A DNA stretch of 64,000 bases, from contig BFEA01000021.1 in NCBI GenBank assembly GCA_003427395.1, positions 2,244,897-2,308,896 of the forward strand. The letters are read 5' to 3'. Shown here in pieces: positions 1-10,697 of this stretch. The position numbers and the translations under genes were made by a program. The stretch's first letter is position 1, and each line of letters opens with the position of its first letter. The notes beneath the pieces are model-generated. The model did not search any database, was not told the origin of the DNA, and worked only from the letters and a program-made list of their open reading frames with translations. The stretch is from Chara braunii (lineage: Eukaryota; Plantae; Charophyceae).

Positions 1-49
<49 letters not shown>

Positions 50-69
50 GCACACACACACACACACAC
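1..69. repeat. (CT)n(CA)n microsatellite
   Basis: Directly visible dinucleotide runs. Confidence 0.95.
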
Positions 70-472
70 TAGAGAGAATATTATTAATATAATACATAAA
101 ATATCTCAATATCAAATAATATATTTTATCATATAAAAATCTATAAACAATATTATATAAACAACATGTATCCTATAATAAAAAAACTATAAAAAAAATA
201 AAAGAAAATAAAAGAAAATAAAAGAAAATAACTAAAAAAAAAAAAAAAAAAAAAGAGTCTTATGGATTGATAAAAAAATTACTAAATCAGAAGAAAAAAA
301 AATGATAGAAAGGCACTTTCAAGTCAAAGTTATACATATACACACACCCTCTCTCTCTCTCTTTTCTCGCGCACACAGAGAGGCTCGCAGAGTACGGACA
401 GGGGAAAGTTATAACAACTACAATAATTTGAGTTAAGACCCGGAAGTGACAACAGGCTCCAGTAAGACCAAC

Positions 473-542
473 CTGCCACTGTCTTGGTCACAGACACTGT
501 GATTGCTGGTGAAGTCATGGCATCCGCCACTTTCAATGGTCC
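473..542 (-). CDS. CBS-domain protein, exon 3 (start of second CBS domain); gene continues beyond the left edge
   Basis: tgcag|GGA acceptor and G|gttgg donor. Encodes GPLKVADAMTSPAITVSVTKTVA, a CBS signature (V.D.MT...IT). Phase 0 matches the end of exon 2. Confidence 0.85.
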
Positions 543-1704
543 CTGCACAACAAGATGGCCAATAGAATTATCCCAAGTTTTCCACACAATAAAACAAGTG
601 AAAAAGCCCAAGTTTTCCACAAAAAACAAGCGAAAAAGGCAGTCACTCCAATCCATACAGCACAGATTATATATATGCAAAATCACTAAAGCTTTCACAA
701 TGGGTAATTTACTAATTTCATTAAACATCAAGTGTAGATAAAGTCTGATAAACAGATCACGAGTTCAAATCTGATGGATACCGAAATGTCAGAGGGGCTA
801 CTCGCCTTCTTTATGGCAGACCGCCAAAGTAAACAGCAAATTATACAGAACAGAATCACTGCTCAAAATGGGGCCAAGTACAGGGACAATGCACCTGATG
901 GGAATAACGATTGTTGTCACAGTAAAGACCACAACATTGAGAGTGCAGTGCACAACCCCCTCCTGGCGCCCACACACTCCCCCCACTCCCACCCCCAAAA
1001 CCTGCGAAATGCATACCTGAAAGTCAAAAACCCAAACATTCTATTTTGGCCCCAGCCCAAAATAGATCAATCCAGCCCAAAATAGAACAATCCGTAACAA
1101 CAGGTACTTATAACTGTGTGTGCATTCCCAAAAAAAAAAAAAAAAAAAAAACTGTGTGCAATGACGAAATGCATACCTGAAAGTCAAAAAAGTTAAAAAC
1201 CCAAACTCGGATCTGCACGCTGCACTTCTGTGACACATAAGCTGTGCACGAACACTAACCTTTGTGCACATAATGTTTTTCCGCCGATAATCTGCATGAT
1301 TGATCATCTACACTTCATTTTTTCAGCCACCCAAGTGCGCACTGTTGCAGGCAGGCTCCCTATTGCACTACTGGTGGACTTTCCGCCAAAGGTATCTTTA
1401 CAGGAAAGGCCAAGGCCGCAGACTTCCATCCCCACCCTACAAACACTAGAAACACCATTGTATGCACTTCACAGCGCAGGGCACTGACATACAGAGTGAG
1501 AGAGAGGAGTGAACAGGAGACTGGGATACACCACCTCGCACACCTCACCAACCGAAAAGACAATGCATCCTTTTTCCTTCGTGAACACAGAAATGAGTAG
1601 AAGCATGGAGAGAAAGGGAGAGAGAGGAACATAGACAGCTGTGCCATTTCCAGTAAATGGAACCAAGAACCAAGCTCGCAGAAGAGGGCAACGGCTGACA
1701 AAAG

Positions 1705-1748
<44 letters not shown>

Positions 1749-1878
1749 GAGATTGCACTGCTTCCCAAACTTATGCAATCAAAGCAACTGCCTTACCTGT
1801 TACAGCACGAGGAGAGGAGAGAGGAGAGAGGAGAGGAGAGAGGAGAGAGAAACAGAGAGGGAATGACCGATTACATAC

Positions 1879-2061
1879 CTTCCCAAGTAAAGCAACCACG
1901 TCTCTTTTTGTGACAACACCCACACACTTCATGTCTGAATTGACAACAGGAAGACCTGTCAGTTCCTCAAATTTCGGTAGCACATCGTCCAAATTGTCCT
2001 GATCCTGGACCGTTTTCACAGCAGTCTTCATAATATCTGCCACAGTGGATGAAGGGTCATG
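1879..2061 (-). CDS. CBS-domain protein, exon 2 (first CBS domain)
   Basis: gtgcag|CAT acceptor and AAG|gtatgt donor, 183 nt. HDPSSTVADIMKTAVKTVQDQDNLDDVLPKFEELTGLPVVNSDMKCVGVVTKRDVVALLGK contains the CBS motifs VADIM, GLPVV and VGVVTKRD. Confidence 0.9.
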
Positions 2062-2254
2062 CTGCACCGCCAAAAAATAGTCCATTCGATTGACCAACAA
2101 GCAAACCGCCAATGATCGTTCAGCTCAATCGATCGTCTACAAATATCAGGCTCAAATGGCAGACATGAATAAATGAAAGCCAAATTTCCAAAACCCTAAA
2201 ATCCTGGAGCCAACAATCGTCATCATCAACACCGTAACACGGAATCTTTACATC

Positions 2255-2379
2255 TTTTTTTTTATATTAATATGGACCATTTCTCGATTTATGTGTGTCA
2301 TCCTCGCACAGGGGCCATGCAAATCTAAGTATTCTTCATTCTCTGTATCGTTCCAATTCTCACAGATGTCCAGAAGGAC
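2255..2379 (-). pseudogene. U6: U6 snRNA retro-pseudogene with A-tail
   Basis: Reverse complement reads GTCCTTCTGGACATC..AATTGGAACGATACAGAGA[13-nt insert]AGATTTGCATGGCCCCTGTGCGAGGATGACACACATAAATCGAGAAATGGTCCA, followed by an A-rich tail. Matches plant U6. Confidence 0.9.
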
Positions 2380-2554
2380 TGTAACTCTGAATCTCAACTA
2401 TGTTACCATCCAGATTCAGTCAGTCTGTTTGCACATTGAGACCACCACTTCCTTTCACAGGCCAACTCGAAACCTCCTAAGATTGCAGCATTATAACCTA
2501 TACCACATTCTTCAGAGGCCGGGCGCCACCAGACCAGCAAAGCTGCCAGCACTA

Positions 2555-2664
2555 CCATCTTCACCCAAATAGAACACCCGGTAATTATTGCTGCATCTGG
2601 ACAGAAAATGGCCCCAAGTACAGCTATGATGACCGGGCAGGCGTTATATTTCGGGTGAAGACGG
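2555..2664. mobile_element. Tc1/mariner (pogo-like) MITE
   Basis: TA|CCATCTTCACCCAAATA ... TATTTCGGGTGAAGACGG|TA with an internal palindrome. Relatives at ~4285-4368, 44790-44885, 45935-46036, 46370-46470 and 46540-46625. Confidence 0.7.
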
Positions 2665-3384
2665 TAGCCAAAACATCAAAGAAAAAGTCACTTTGGAATC
2701 TATATTCATTTTGTCTTTTTCAAGTTTTTTTAAATACATCCGCTATTGCGACATTACTTCACCAGAATCACCACGAGATAGATATTCAAGTCTGCATTCT
2801 ATTCACCTTCCGATGTTTCACCAACGGAGGGGAAGGGAGGGAGGAGGAGGCGGAATTACTTTTTGTTATCATCTTTCAGTCACTAGTGGAATATTTCTGT
2901 GCCCACCGAGATAATGTCAAATCCAGACACCTTTTTTATTTTTTGTTTTGGTCTTCCAATGTTTCAGGTTTGGGTTAGATTGGGTTGGGTTGGATTGCTT
3001 TTTTTCGGGGGGGGGGGNGGNGGGAGGGGGGAGAGCGGAATCGGGATTTAGAAAATTCCTAAAAGGGTGTACCTTACTCTTCTTGCGAGACCACACAGGT
3101 GCACTGTTTTTGAGCTAAGACAGCACACGAACCTGGTCAGGTTTTACAACCAGGTTCAGGCTTTCTGACAGCAGTAGTAGGAGTGGAGTAGCAGTGGGTC
3201 TCTAGGTCCCAAACATCGCACAAGTGGAGACTTGCATTTAGGGTCACACTGGTATCGCATTCTGTACCAGGAAAGAAAGAAAAAAGGAACCTGCATGACA
3301 AAACGTGGCCAGGTTCAGGTAACCTTAAGCCACCGCCTTCCCCGATGCTCTCCACGGTTCACAGCTGCGTACACACTGACCAGA

Positions 3385-3660
3385 GGTGGGCAGGTGGCAG
3401 CCAGCTGTCCACTGATTTCTGTCATCAACCCATGACATGACCCCTCCAGCCAGTAGCAGCCAGCACCCTCCGCATTTCCGAAGCCCCTCCACCAACTGAG
3501 GTTCTGAAATCACAGCCGCATGCACACTTACCATAGCTGCCCACGTGGCAGCCTGCAAGCCACTGATTTCCGTCATCCACCTGTGACCCCCCCAGCCACT
3601 GACAGCCAGCACCCTTCGCATTTGCAAACTCCCCCCAGCCGCTGAGGTTCCTGCAACCCC
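3385..3660. repeat. ~150-bp imperfect tandem duplication
   Basis: gtggcagcc...ccactgattt(c/t)gtcatc...cagccagcaccct...ctgaggtt occurs twice. Confidence 0.75.
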
Positions 3661-5091
3661 TGCGGTTCAGTGGCTCACTCAGCTCTTCAAACTCGCCATC
3701 AGTAAAGGTCCTCAAGAACCTGCCCGACCTTCTGCACCAGGTCCATGCTCAACATATGTTATCAACACACACCATAACTACTACGTACCAAATCCTTCGC
3801 CCAAGCAAAATCTGTCTTAAACAAGACCCCCCCTCCACCACCCACTTTCTCCCCAAAGCCTGAGGTCAATAGGCCACCCCTCCAACACAACAGGTCCGGG
3901 GATCCTGCCTGCATTCCATCGCAGGAAATCAGCCGCACATCCTCCGCCAGATCGAACCGTTCCTCGCAGGTAATAAGCCGCACACCCTCTGCCGAATCGT
4001 GCCGTCTTGAACAAAAACCATCTTCCGTATATTTTAGACTCAAAACCACACCACTCAACAGCATCCAAAAGACAAAATTACGGGCGTGCATCTTTCCATG
4101 TCCTGGAGGAAGATTCATTCTCAATTTGCACAGTTGATGTCGGCGGAGCGAGCCTCATAAGGCGCTTTATCGCAACTTCTCGAGCTAGTAGATTCTGTAC
4201 AAAAAATGTCTCCACAGAGACTCGAGATCCCACTGGCCCTAGTCCCCTCGTCTGAGAAACAGTCCACGGTCCATACTGGAACGCACAGTCATTATAGCTG
4301 AATTTGGGGTATCTTTCAGTCTAAACACAGCTATAATGACCGTACATTGTATTCGGGAGAAGAAGGTAGGCTTTTTCTACTTCACACTAGGCTTTCTCTA
4401 CTTCTCTGTGGACGTAAAACAGTCAGGTGCATCCCGACCGGATCAGAAAAGCTGTCACATACATTCTGGAAAGTCCTAGTGTGAGTATTCCCTCAGTCTC
4501 TAGAACAGTTTTGCAAGGAAAATGAGCAACAGATAAACGACAGAATTCCAGATCGCAAAATCACATTGAAAGCCAGATGGTTGAAAGCCATCCAGAACGC
4601 AGAAATACACTGATATTACACCGAAGGGGAAGTTCAAAAAGCAGCAAACTCAATAAATCCAGAAAGCATCATCTGGCCAATCGCCAACGACGTAACCGAA
4701 AGCTCTTCCCTTCCTCCTACTTCGTGCTCAGCACCCAGACTACAATCACACAGCTACTCTACTGGCCTATGAATGACGAAGCAACCAGTTGCCGTCAGCA
4801 GCAGCAACAAAAGTACATGCAGATGTCGACCATGCAGACCTCTGTCAGGACCAGGTACGTGGCCTCACATCACCTCCTCTCGCCTTCTTACCAGGCTCAC
4901 CCTCGTCTTCTCGCGCACGTCCTACCACCACCAACACCCACTGACCATCCAAGCTCAAGCCCGGCTGTGGGTGCTGGGCTATTTATGGCCCTGCCTGCTT
5001 GCAGCACCCTCGCTTGCGACCGTGCTCCCCCCTCCCCTCAAACTCCACCTTGCTCCACTGCATTGTTCCTTATCTTTTGTTTCTGCGCTCG

Positions 5092-5142
<51 letters not shown>

Positions 5143-5212
5143 TCGTTTGTTCTTTCTTTCTTTCTTTCATTTGTTCTTTTTTTCTTTCTTTCTTTCTTTC
5201 TTCGTTTGTTTG
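5092..5212. repeat. (TTTC)n microsatellite
   Basis: Directly visible. Confidence 0.95.
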
Positions 5213-5244
5213 TTTCCTCTAACCTTACAATATAGCTGATTCTG

Positions 5245-5660
5245 TCTGGATTCAAACTCATGTTCTATTCCCTAATAGTTACATGTGTGCACCATCAGAC
5301 ACCTGCCTCCGTCACGATTCTAACTCACGCTCTGTGCACCAAGAGTTATGGGTCTCAGCCTGATTTCATCCCGATGCGAACTCACCCGCTGTTATGAAAC
5401 AGTTGCATGTGTACCATTCAGACACATGCCTCTTCCAAATTCTAACTCGTCGCACGCTGTGTTAACAGTTACATCTGTGTACCTTTCAGCAACATATGGC
5501 CCCCCTCCCCACCTGAAGGCTGAGCCCTTCAATCGAATATTCCTCACCCTCCGTTATCAAACAGGTACATGTGTACCATTCAGAAACCTGCTGCCTGCAT
5601 CAGGATTCGAACCCGCGCTCCGTGCGTTCACAGTTACACCTTTTTGTAGCTTCAGCAACA
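5245..5660 (-). repeat. Tandem array of ~6 degenerate tRNA-like (SINE-head) units
   Basis: Recurring B-box-like (G)GATTCRAACYC and A-box-like GTGTACCATTCAG motifs on the plus strand every ~60-95 nt. Units resemble the SINE head at 46911-46975. Confidence 0.6.
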
Positions 5661-6104
5661 TGCGCCCCCCTGTACTCACTGCATTGTCACGACCCCGCCT
5701 GAAGGCTGAGCCCTTCGGTCTGCAGTATCCTCATGCTCAGTGGCAGCAAGGTCCAACTTACACAGATAGCGAGACATAGGGCCTTGATCCCCCTATAGAC
5801 AACACTACATGCATCTGGACATTCTTGACCAGATACATACAAAATGCCAGACTCGTCAGGTCCAGAAAGCATCAAAATGCATGTAGAGTTTGTGCAGTAG
5901 AGCGAAAAACAGTCGCTTAAACGAGGACAGATCAACGGCCAAGGTCTCTCGACGCTCGACGTTGCTCTGCAAAGGCGAAAAAAACAGAAGAAACAAGAAA
6001 AACAATTCGTTTTTTTTATCTTCTTTCTTACAACTCCCCCTGTTCAGAACCTCTTGCGTACAATGCCCACGTGGATGTAGGTTGAGCGGCGGCTGCCCCA
6101 ACCC

Positions 6105-6146
6105 CTGATGAGTCAGTCGGTGAAACTCCGACGACGAAACAGTCTG
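6105..6146 (+). ncRNA. Hammerhead ribozyme, 5'-truncated copy
   Basis: CTGATGA-GTC(AGTC)GG TGAAACT CCGAC(GAC)-GAAA-CAGTCTG. Stem I and the cleavage triplet are missing. Confidence 0.75.
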
Positions 6147-6623
6147 TCACAGCCCCTCGTTTGATGTCCTCTTCTCCCTCCCTCTCTGCCTGCCTACGGT
6201 TTACCGGGCAGCTCTGTTTGACTATATATATTGTCACACTGTGAATCGGAGCGCAAAGGCGGAAAAAAGCAAAACAAAGGAAAGAAAAAAAGTCAGGAAG
6301 GAAAGCCCCACCTGTTCATCACCTCCTACGTACAAGGCCAGCCACGTGGATGACAGGTTGAGCGCTGGCTGCCCCCATCCCCGTGTGTCACAAGGACCCA
6401 CTTGCACGCAGCCAAACCGTGTGTCACAAGGACCCACTTGCACGCAGCCAAAAGGCAAAGAGGTAAAGAAAAGGAGGAAACCAAACCTGACAGGGAAAGA
6501 AAGATAATCCAATTGTCACAAAGCAAATAACACATCCCACAGATCAACATATCTTTTTTTTCTTTTTTTCTTTTTCTTTTCTTCTCTTTTTTCCTTTTTT
6601 TCTCTTTTTCTTTTCTGTTTTCA

Positions 6624-7488
6624 TTACCTGTTCCCACCTCGGCAGATAGGACAGCTACGGTGAGGATGATGTGGATGTTCACAAGGATGCCCAAGGAGAG
6701 CTGCGCCAGCACAGCATTCAGCAGGACGGCTAGCACGAACCATCCCATCAAAACAGTCCTGACAGAGGACATGTTGNCCACATGTCAAAAANACAGCAGG
6801 ACGTTCATCACAGTGCGGCATCATACAGTTCTGATAGCGTCCTTGGGCACAAAAGGGACAACGTATATCTGGGTGATAGGGATGTGTACAATGAGGAAAT
6901 GCTGGACACCCTTCAGAACAGAGCGGCAGTCGCAATAGATTGATTATGGCTATGGCATAGATGATGCATTCCACAGCCAAGGCGCACCGCGTCTCTGTCC
7001 CGACAGGTGTCACACGAGAGTCGGTCAATAATCCAGAATAAAGTATGATTCGACAATGCTCGCAAAAATTCACTCACATCGAAAATGACCTGACTCATCG
7101 TCCCACCATTCCACAGTTCCCACTGGGCAGCTGCACGAATGAGTGCCATATAATGCCCGGGTCTGTGTAAAATACAGGCAAAAATATGAGGATGGTTATT
7201 GAGGTCATCGCCTGGTGTCGCATGATGCATAAGAAGGTGGCAACCATGAAACACTAACTGTAGGACATTTACAGTAAAGCCTCCTGAGGTAGTATAGTTA
7301 CTACCTTCTGCAGGTGGACTATTATGGTCAAACAACAACTGATTTTTCAACAGCGTCAAGCTGATAAGCAATCGTAAGAAATTGGGATGCACTATAACAT
7401 TAAACTGATAAGCCTGTAGGCAGAGATTTGTGGCTGTCAAACCACAAGAATTTGGTAGGTCTGCCCGCAGATCCGAATCGGTCACCAC
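6624..7488 (-). pseudogene. Frameshifted ORF: papain-fold cysteine-protease-like domain plus two RING-like zinc fingers (element cargo)
   Basis: PNSCGL (Cys box), then ILHRPGHYMALIR...WELWNG (His box plus W..N). Next CDTC-x9-CGMHHLC...CPFC and CMMPHC-x9-CxQHVLCQDC...CPIC. The two ORFs fuse if the 4-nt duplication GATTGATT (6938-6945) is removed. Confidence 0.55.
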
Positions 7489-8231
7489 TGGAAAGCCAGA
7501 TTAAGCCAGATGTAATCTGGCGGGGTCCGCGTGTAAAAGACGAACGCCGCCGACGTGGCAGACGAGTTGTCGGTAAGACAAAGAACCCCGCAGATTAGCA
7601 TCAACACGACGTCGAGAGGAAGGGGGACTGGGAGGAGGAGAGAATGAACGAGCCTGCCGACGACCCAATATATAATTGTTTTTTTATTTTATCTTTTTTA
7701 AATGGAAAAGGTAGCCATCGGATTCCATCAGGAGATCAGCTCAGCTCTGTTTGACTATATAGTATAATTGTTTTTTTTTATTTTATCTTTTTTAAATGGA
7801 AAAGGTAAACGCAACCTTATCGTATCCATTGGATTCCGTCAGGAGATCAGCTCTTGACCTGTTTAATAAAAGTTAATTGTCGGTGCCACTCAGCATGGAC
7901 TACGTGATTTTTTTTAATTATTTTTTTATTTCTTATATTTTCCTTCTCCACTCTATCCTTCCTTGGTTGCCTCTCCCCCTTATTCTTGTCCTCCCCCTTC
8001 CCCCCTTCCCCCTGCAACAGCATGGGTCTATTCTTTCTCGTTCTCTCCCATCTTCTCTCCGACGTTCTCCCTTCTCTCCTTGCTTCGTTGTCGCTCCCTC
8101 CATTCTTCGCTATTTTTGGAGTCAAATTGAATTCAATGTAATACAATTTAAATTTCAATTCAAATTCAGTTCAAATTCAGTTCAAATTCAGATCAAATTC
8201 AGATCAAATTCAGTTTAAATTCAGATCAAAT

Positions 8232-9259
8232 CTAAGCTACCAGATCGGCCCGGGACTACTTGCCCGTCCGGGCCAAAAAAATAAAAATAATTGTTTCTTT
8301 TTTTCAAATTTGGTAAAGAACTTCGATGTGACCCTGAGGCAGATGCGACCCTGAGGCAACAGTCGTTTTCTTTTTTTTTTTTTGCATAACATATAATGAT
8401 ATGTAACCGCCCGCATAGCACGCAGTAACCAGCACTCTGGACAAAGCCAACAAAGCTGTATCATCAATAAAACATCGGCATCTTATTGCTAGTAAGTTGT
8501 CACACGTTAACCAGTGCCGATCAACTGTGGTCGCCATTAAGAAATGCAGATCTGGACAAAGCCAACAAAGCTAGATGACAGCATCAAAAATCATCAGCAT
8601 CTTATTCAGTTGACACACGTCAACCATGAAGAACAGCAGATGGTAGATGAAAAAATTGATGAAGACGAACAGCAGATGGTAGATGAAAAAAATGATGACG
8701 ACGGACATGACCAATCACCAACGCATGACCAACCACCAACGCTTCCCACAAACTCTCTATCTCATTCCATCAGACATGCAGACGGCGTTGAGGCGAAAGT
8801 TCTTCGGTTGAGAGTTGCCTTTTTTTAGTACTAGCTGAACGTAAAGTAATGGCTTCTATGCAGCGTAGAAAAGGTCCGAATGTGGTCGGATTGTTTGGGT
8901 AATTACAACCTTAAGCAGATGGTTTAAAATTAATGATAATAATAAAAGAGCCTGTTCTACCAAGTAGTGTTAATTTATTCATCTTTATAATGGCTCCAGT
9001 CTATGTTAAGTTAATTTTTTTTGCATAACATATATTTTTAACTTTGTTTTTTTTTTTTTTTTTTTTTTTTTGTTTGCGCTCGGGCAGATCTACCGAACGC
9101 ATCCCCAAGGGAATCAAGACGTGTTTGATTCTTGACCAGGTATGAAGGCCCGTCCCGAACACCAGTTACCCTATATATATTTTTATATAATTTTAAATTT
9201 GGTAAAGAATTTCTATCTAACCCTGAGGCAAAAGTTGTTCAGTTTACTTTTCTGAATAA

Positions 9260-9301
<42 letters not shown>

Positions 9302-9385
9302 GTTTGCTGGGAGCTTCCCTGGTCCTTGCACGGCCGGGAGGCCCAGAGAAACAGGGTGACCCGGGCGGTCCGGCTGGTAGCCTAG
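8232..9385. mobile_element. Non-autonomous hAT-like element (long form)
   Basis: TIRs CTAAGCTACCAG / CTGGTAGCCTAG and an 8-bp TSD GATCAAAT / GTTCAAAT. Inserted in a TTCAAATTCAG minisatellite. Confidence 0.75.
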
Positions 9386-10265
9386 GTTCAAATTCAATTT
9401 AATCCGACAATTTAATAATCCGATTTAAACCTACTGCCGTTCTTGTATTTTCTAGCGGTTCCTATTTCCGAACACATGCTATTCCCAATATACTATTACC
9501 AATGTACTAGTATTGTTTACGAGCGGAAAAAGGGATTTGAACACATGCGATTTCCAATAGACTGATCCTAATGTGCTATTCGCCCAATTACACCTCCCCA
9601 CTGCGCAGAGGGGGGCTATATAGAGTTGAGCCTTATCCTTTCACAGTTCCACTTTCCTGTTACGTGTACAAGTGTATGTCACCTCTGGAATATAGATATA
9701 TATATCTACAATATATCTATATATAGTCAAACAGAGCTGCCCGGTGAACAGGCAAAGAGGGAGAAGAGGACAATAAACGAGGGGCTGTGACAAACTGTTT
9801 CGTCGGAGTCTCACCGAGTCATCAGGAGGCTGATAGATATATATATACGTATATACTGTCAAACAGAGCTGCCCGCTACACCTTACGAGAGAGGCTGATA
9901 GATATATATACGTATATACTGTCAAACAGAGCTGCCCGCTACACCTTACGAGAGGGAGAACAGGACAGCAAATACATATTATATGTATATGCATTGTCAC
10001 ACTGTAAATCAGTGCGCGAAGGCGAAAAAAAGCAAAACAAGGAAAGGAAAAGAAGGAAGGAAAGCCCCACCTGTTCATCACCTCTTACGTACAAGGCCAG
10101 CCACGTGGATGACAGGTTGAGCGATGGCTGCCCCCATCCCCGTGTGTCACAAGGACCCACTCGCACGCAACCAAAAGGCAAAGAGGTAAAGAAATCGTCA
10201 AACAGAGCTGCCCGATAAACCGTAGGCAGAGACGGAGAAGAGGACAACAAACGAGAGGGCTGCGA

Positions 10266-10327
10266 CAAACTGTTTCGTCAGAGTTTCACCGACTGACTCA
10301 TCAGGAGGCTGAACCCTCAACAGTCTG
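10266..10327 (-). ncRNA. Type III hammerhead ribozyme, apparently intact
   Basis: Minus strand: CAGACUG-UU | GAGG guucag CCUC-CUGAUGA-GUCAG ucggugaaacu CUGAC-GAAA-CAGUUUG. All three stems and the core are present, with a GUU triplet. Confidence 0.85.
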
Positions 10328-10630
10328 CAGAAGCCCCTAACTGATTACACTAAGTGACAATCCACCTTAACCCCGGTTGTGGTTATGTACATGACAGTAC
10401 ATCTATATGACTACGTGTACATATATTGTATTGTATTGTGTTTATATATATCGTATGTATACATAAACATACTTTATAATATTTTATATACAGTCAAATA
10501 GAACTGCCGGGTATAGTGTAGACAGAGAGGGAGACGTGAACAACAAACGAGGGGCTGTGACAGTCCAATACAACTGCCGGGTATAGCGTAGACAGAGAGG
10601 GAGAAGTGAACAACACACGAGGGGCTGTGA

Positions 10631-10697
10631 CAGACTGTTTCGTCGGAGTTTCACCGACTCATCAATCAAGAAAGACTGTACCCTCCTCTACAGTCTG
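10631..10697 (-). ncRNA. Type III hammerhead, degenerate core
   Basis: CAGACUG-UA GAGG...UUGAUGA GUCGG..CCGAC GAAA CAGUCUG. Further degenerate or truncated copies at 9791-9833 (-) and 10853-10906 (+). Confidence 0.7.

Noticed and set aside
4577-5261. ORFs with FFLS/KKER repeats
   Set aside because: Translations of the (TTTC)n microsatellite. The same applies to the SLSL/ERER and poly-I/H/S/M ORFs elsewhere.
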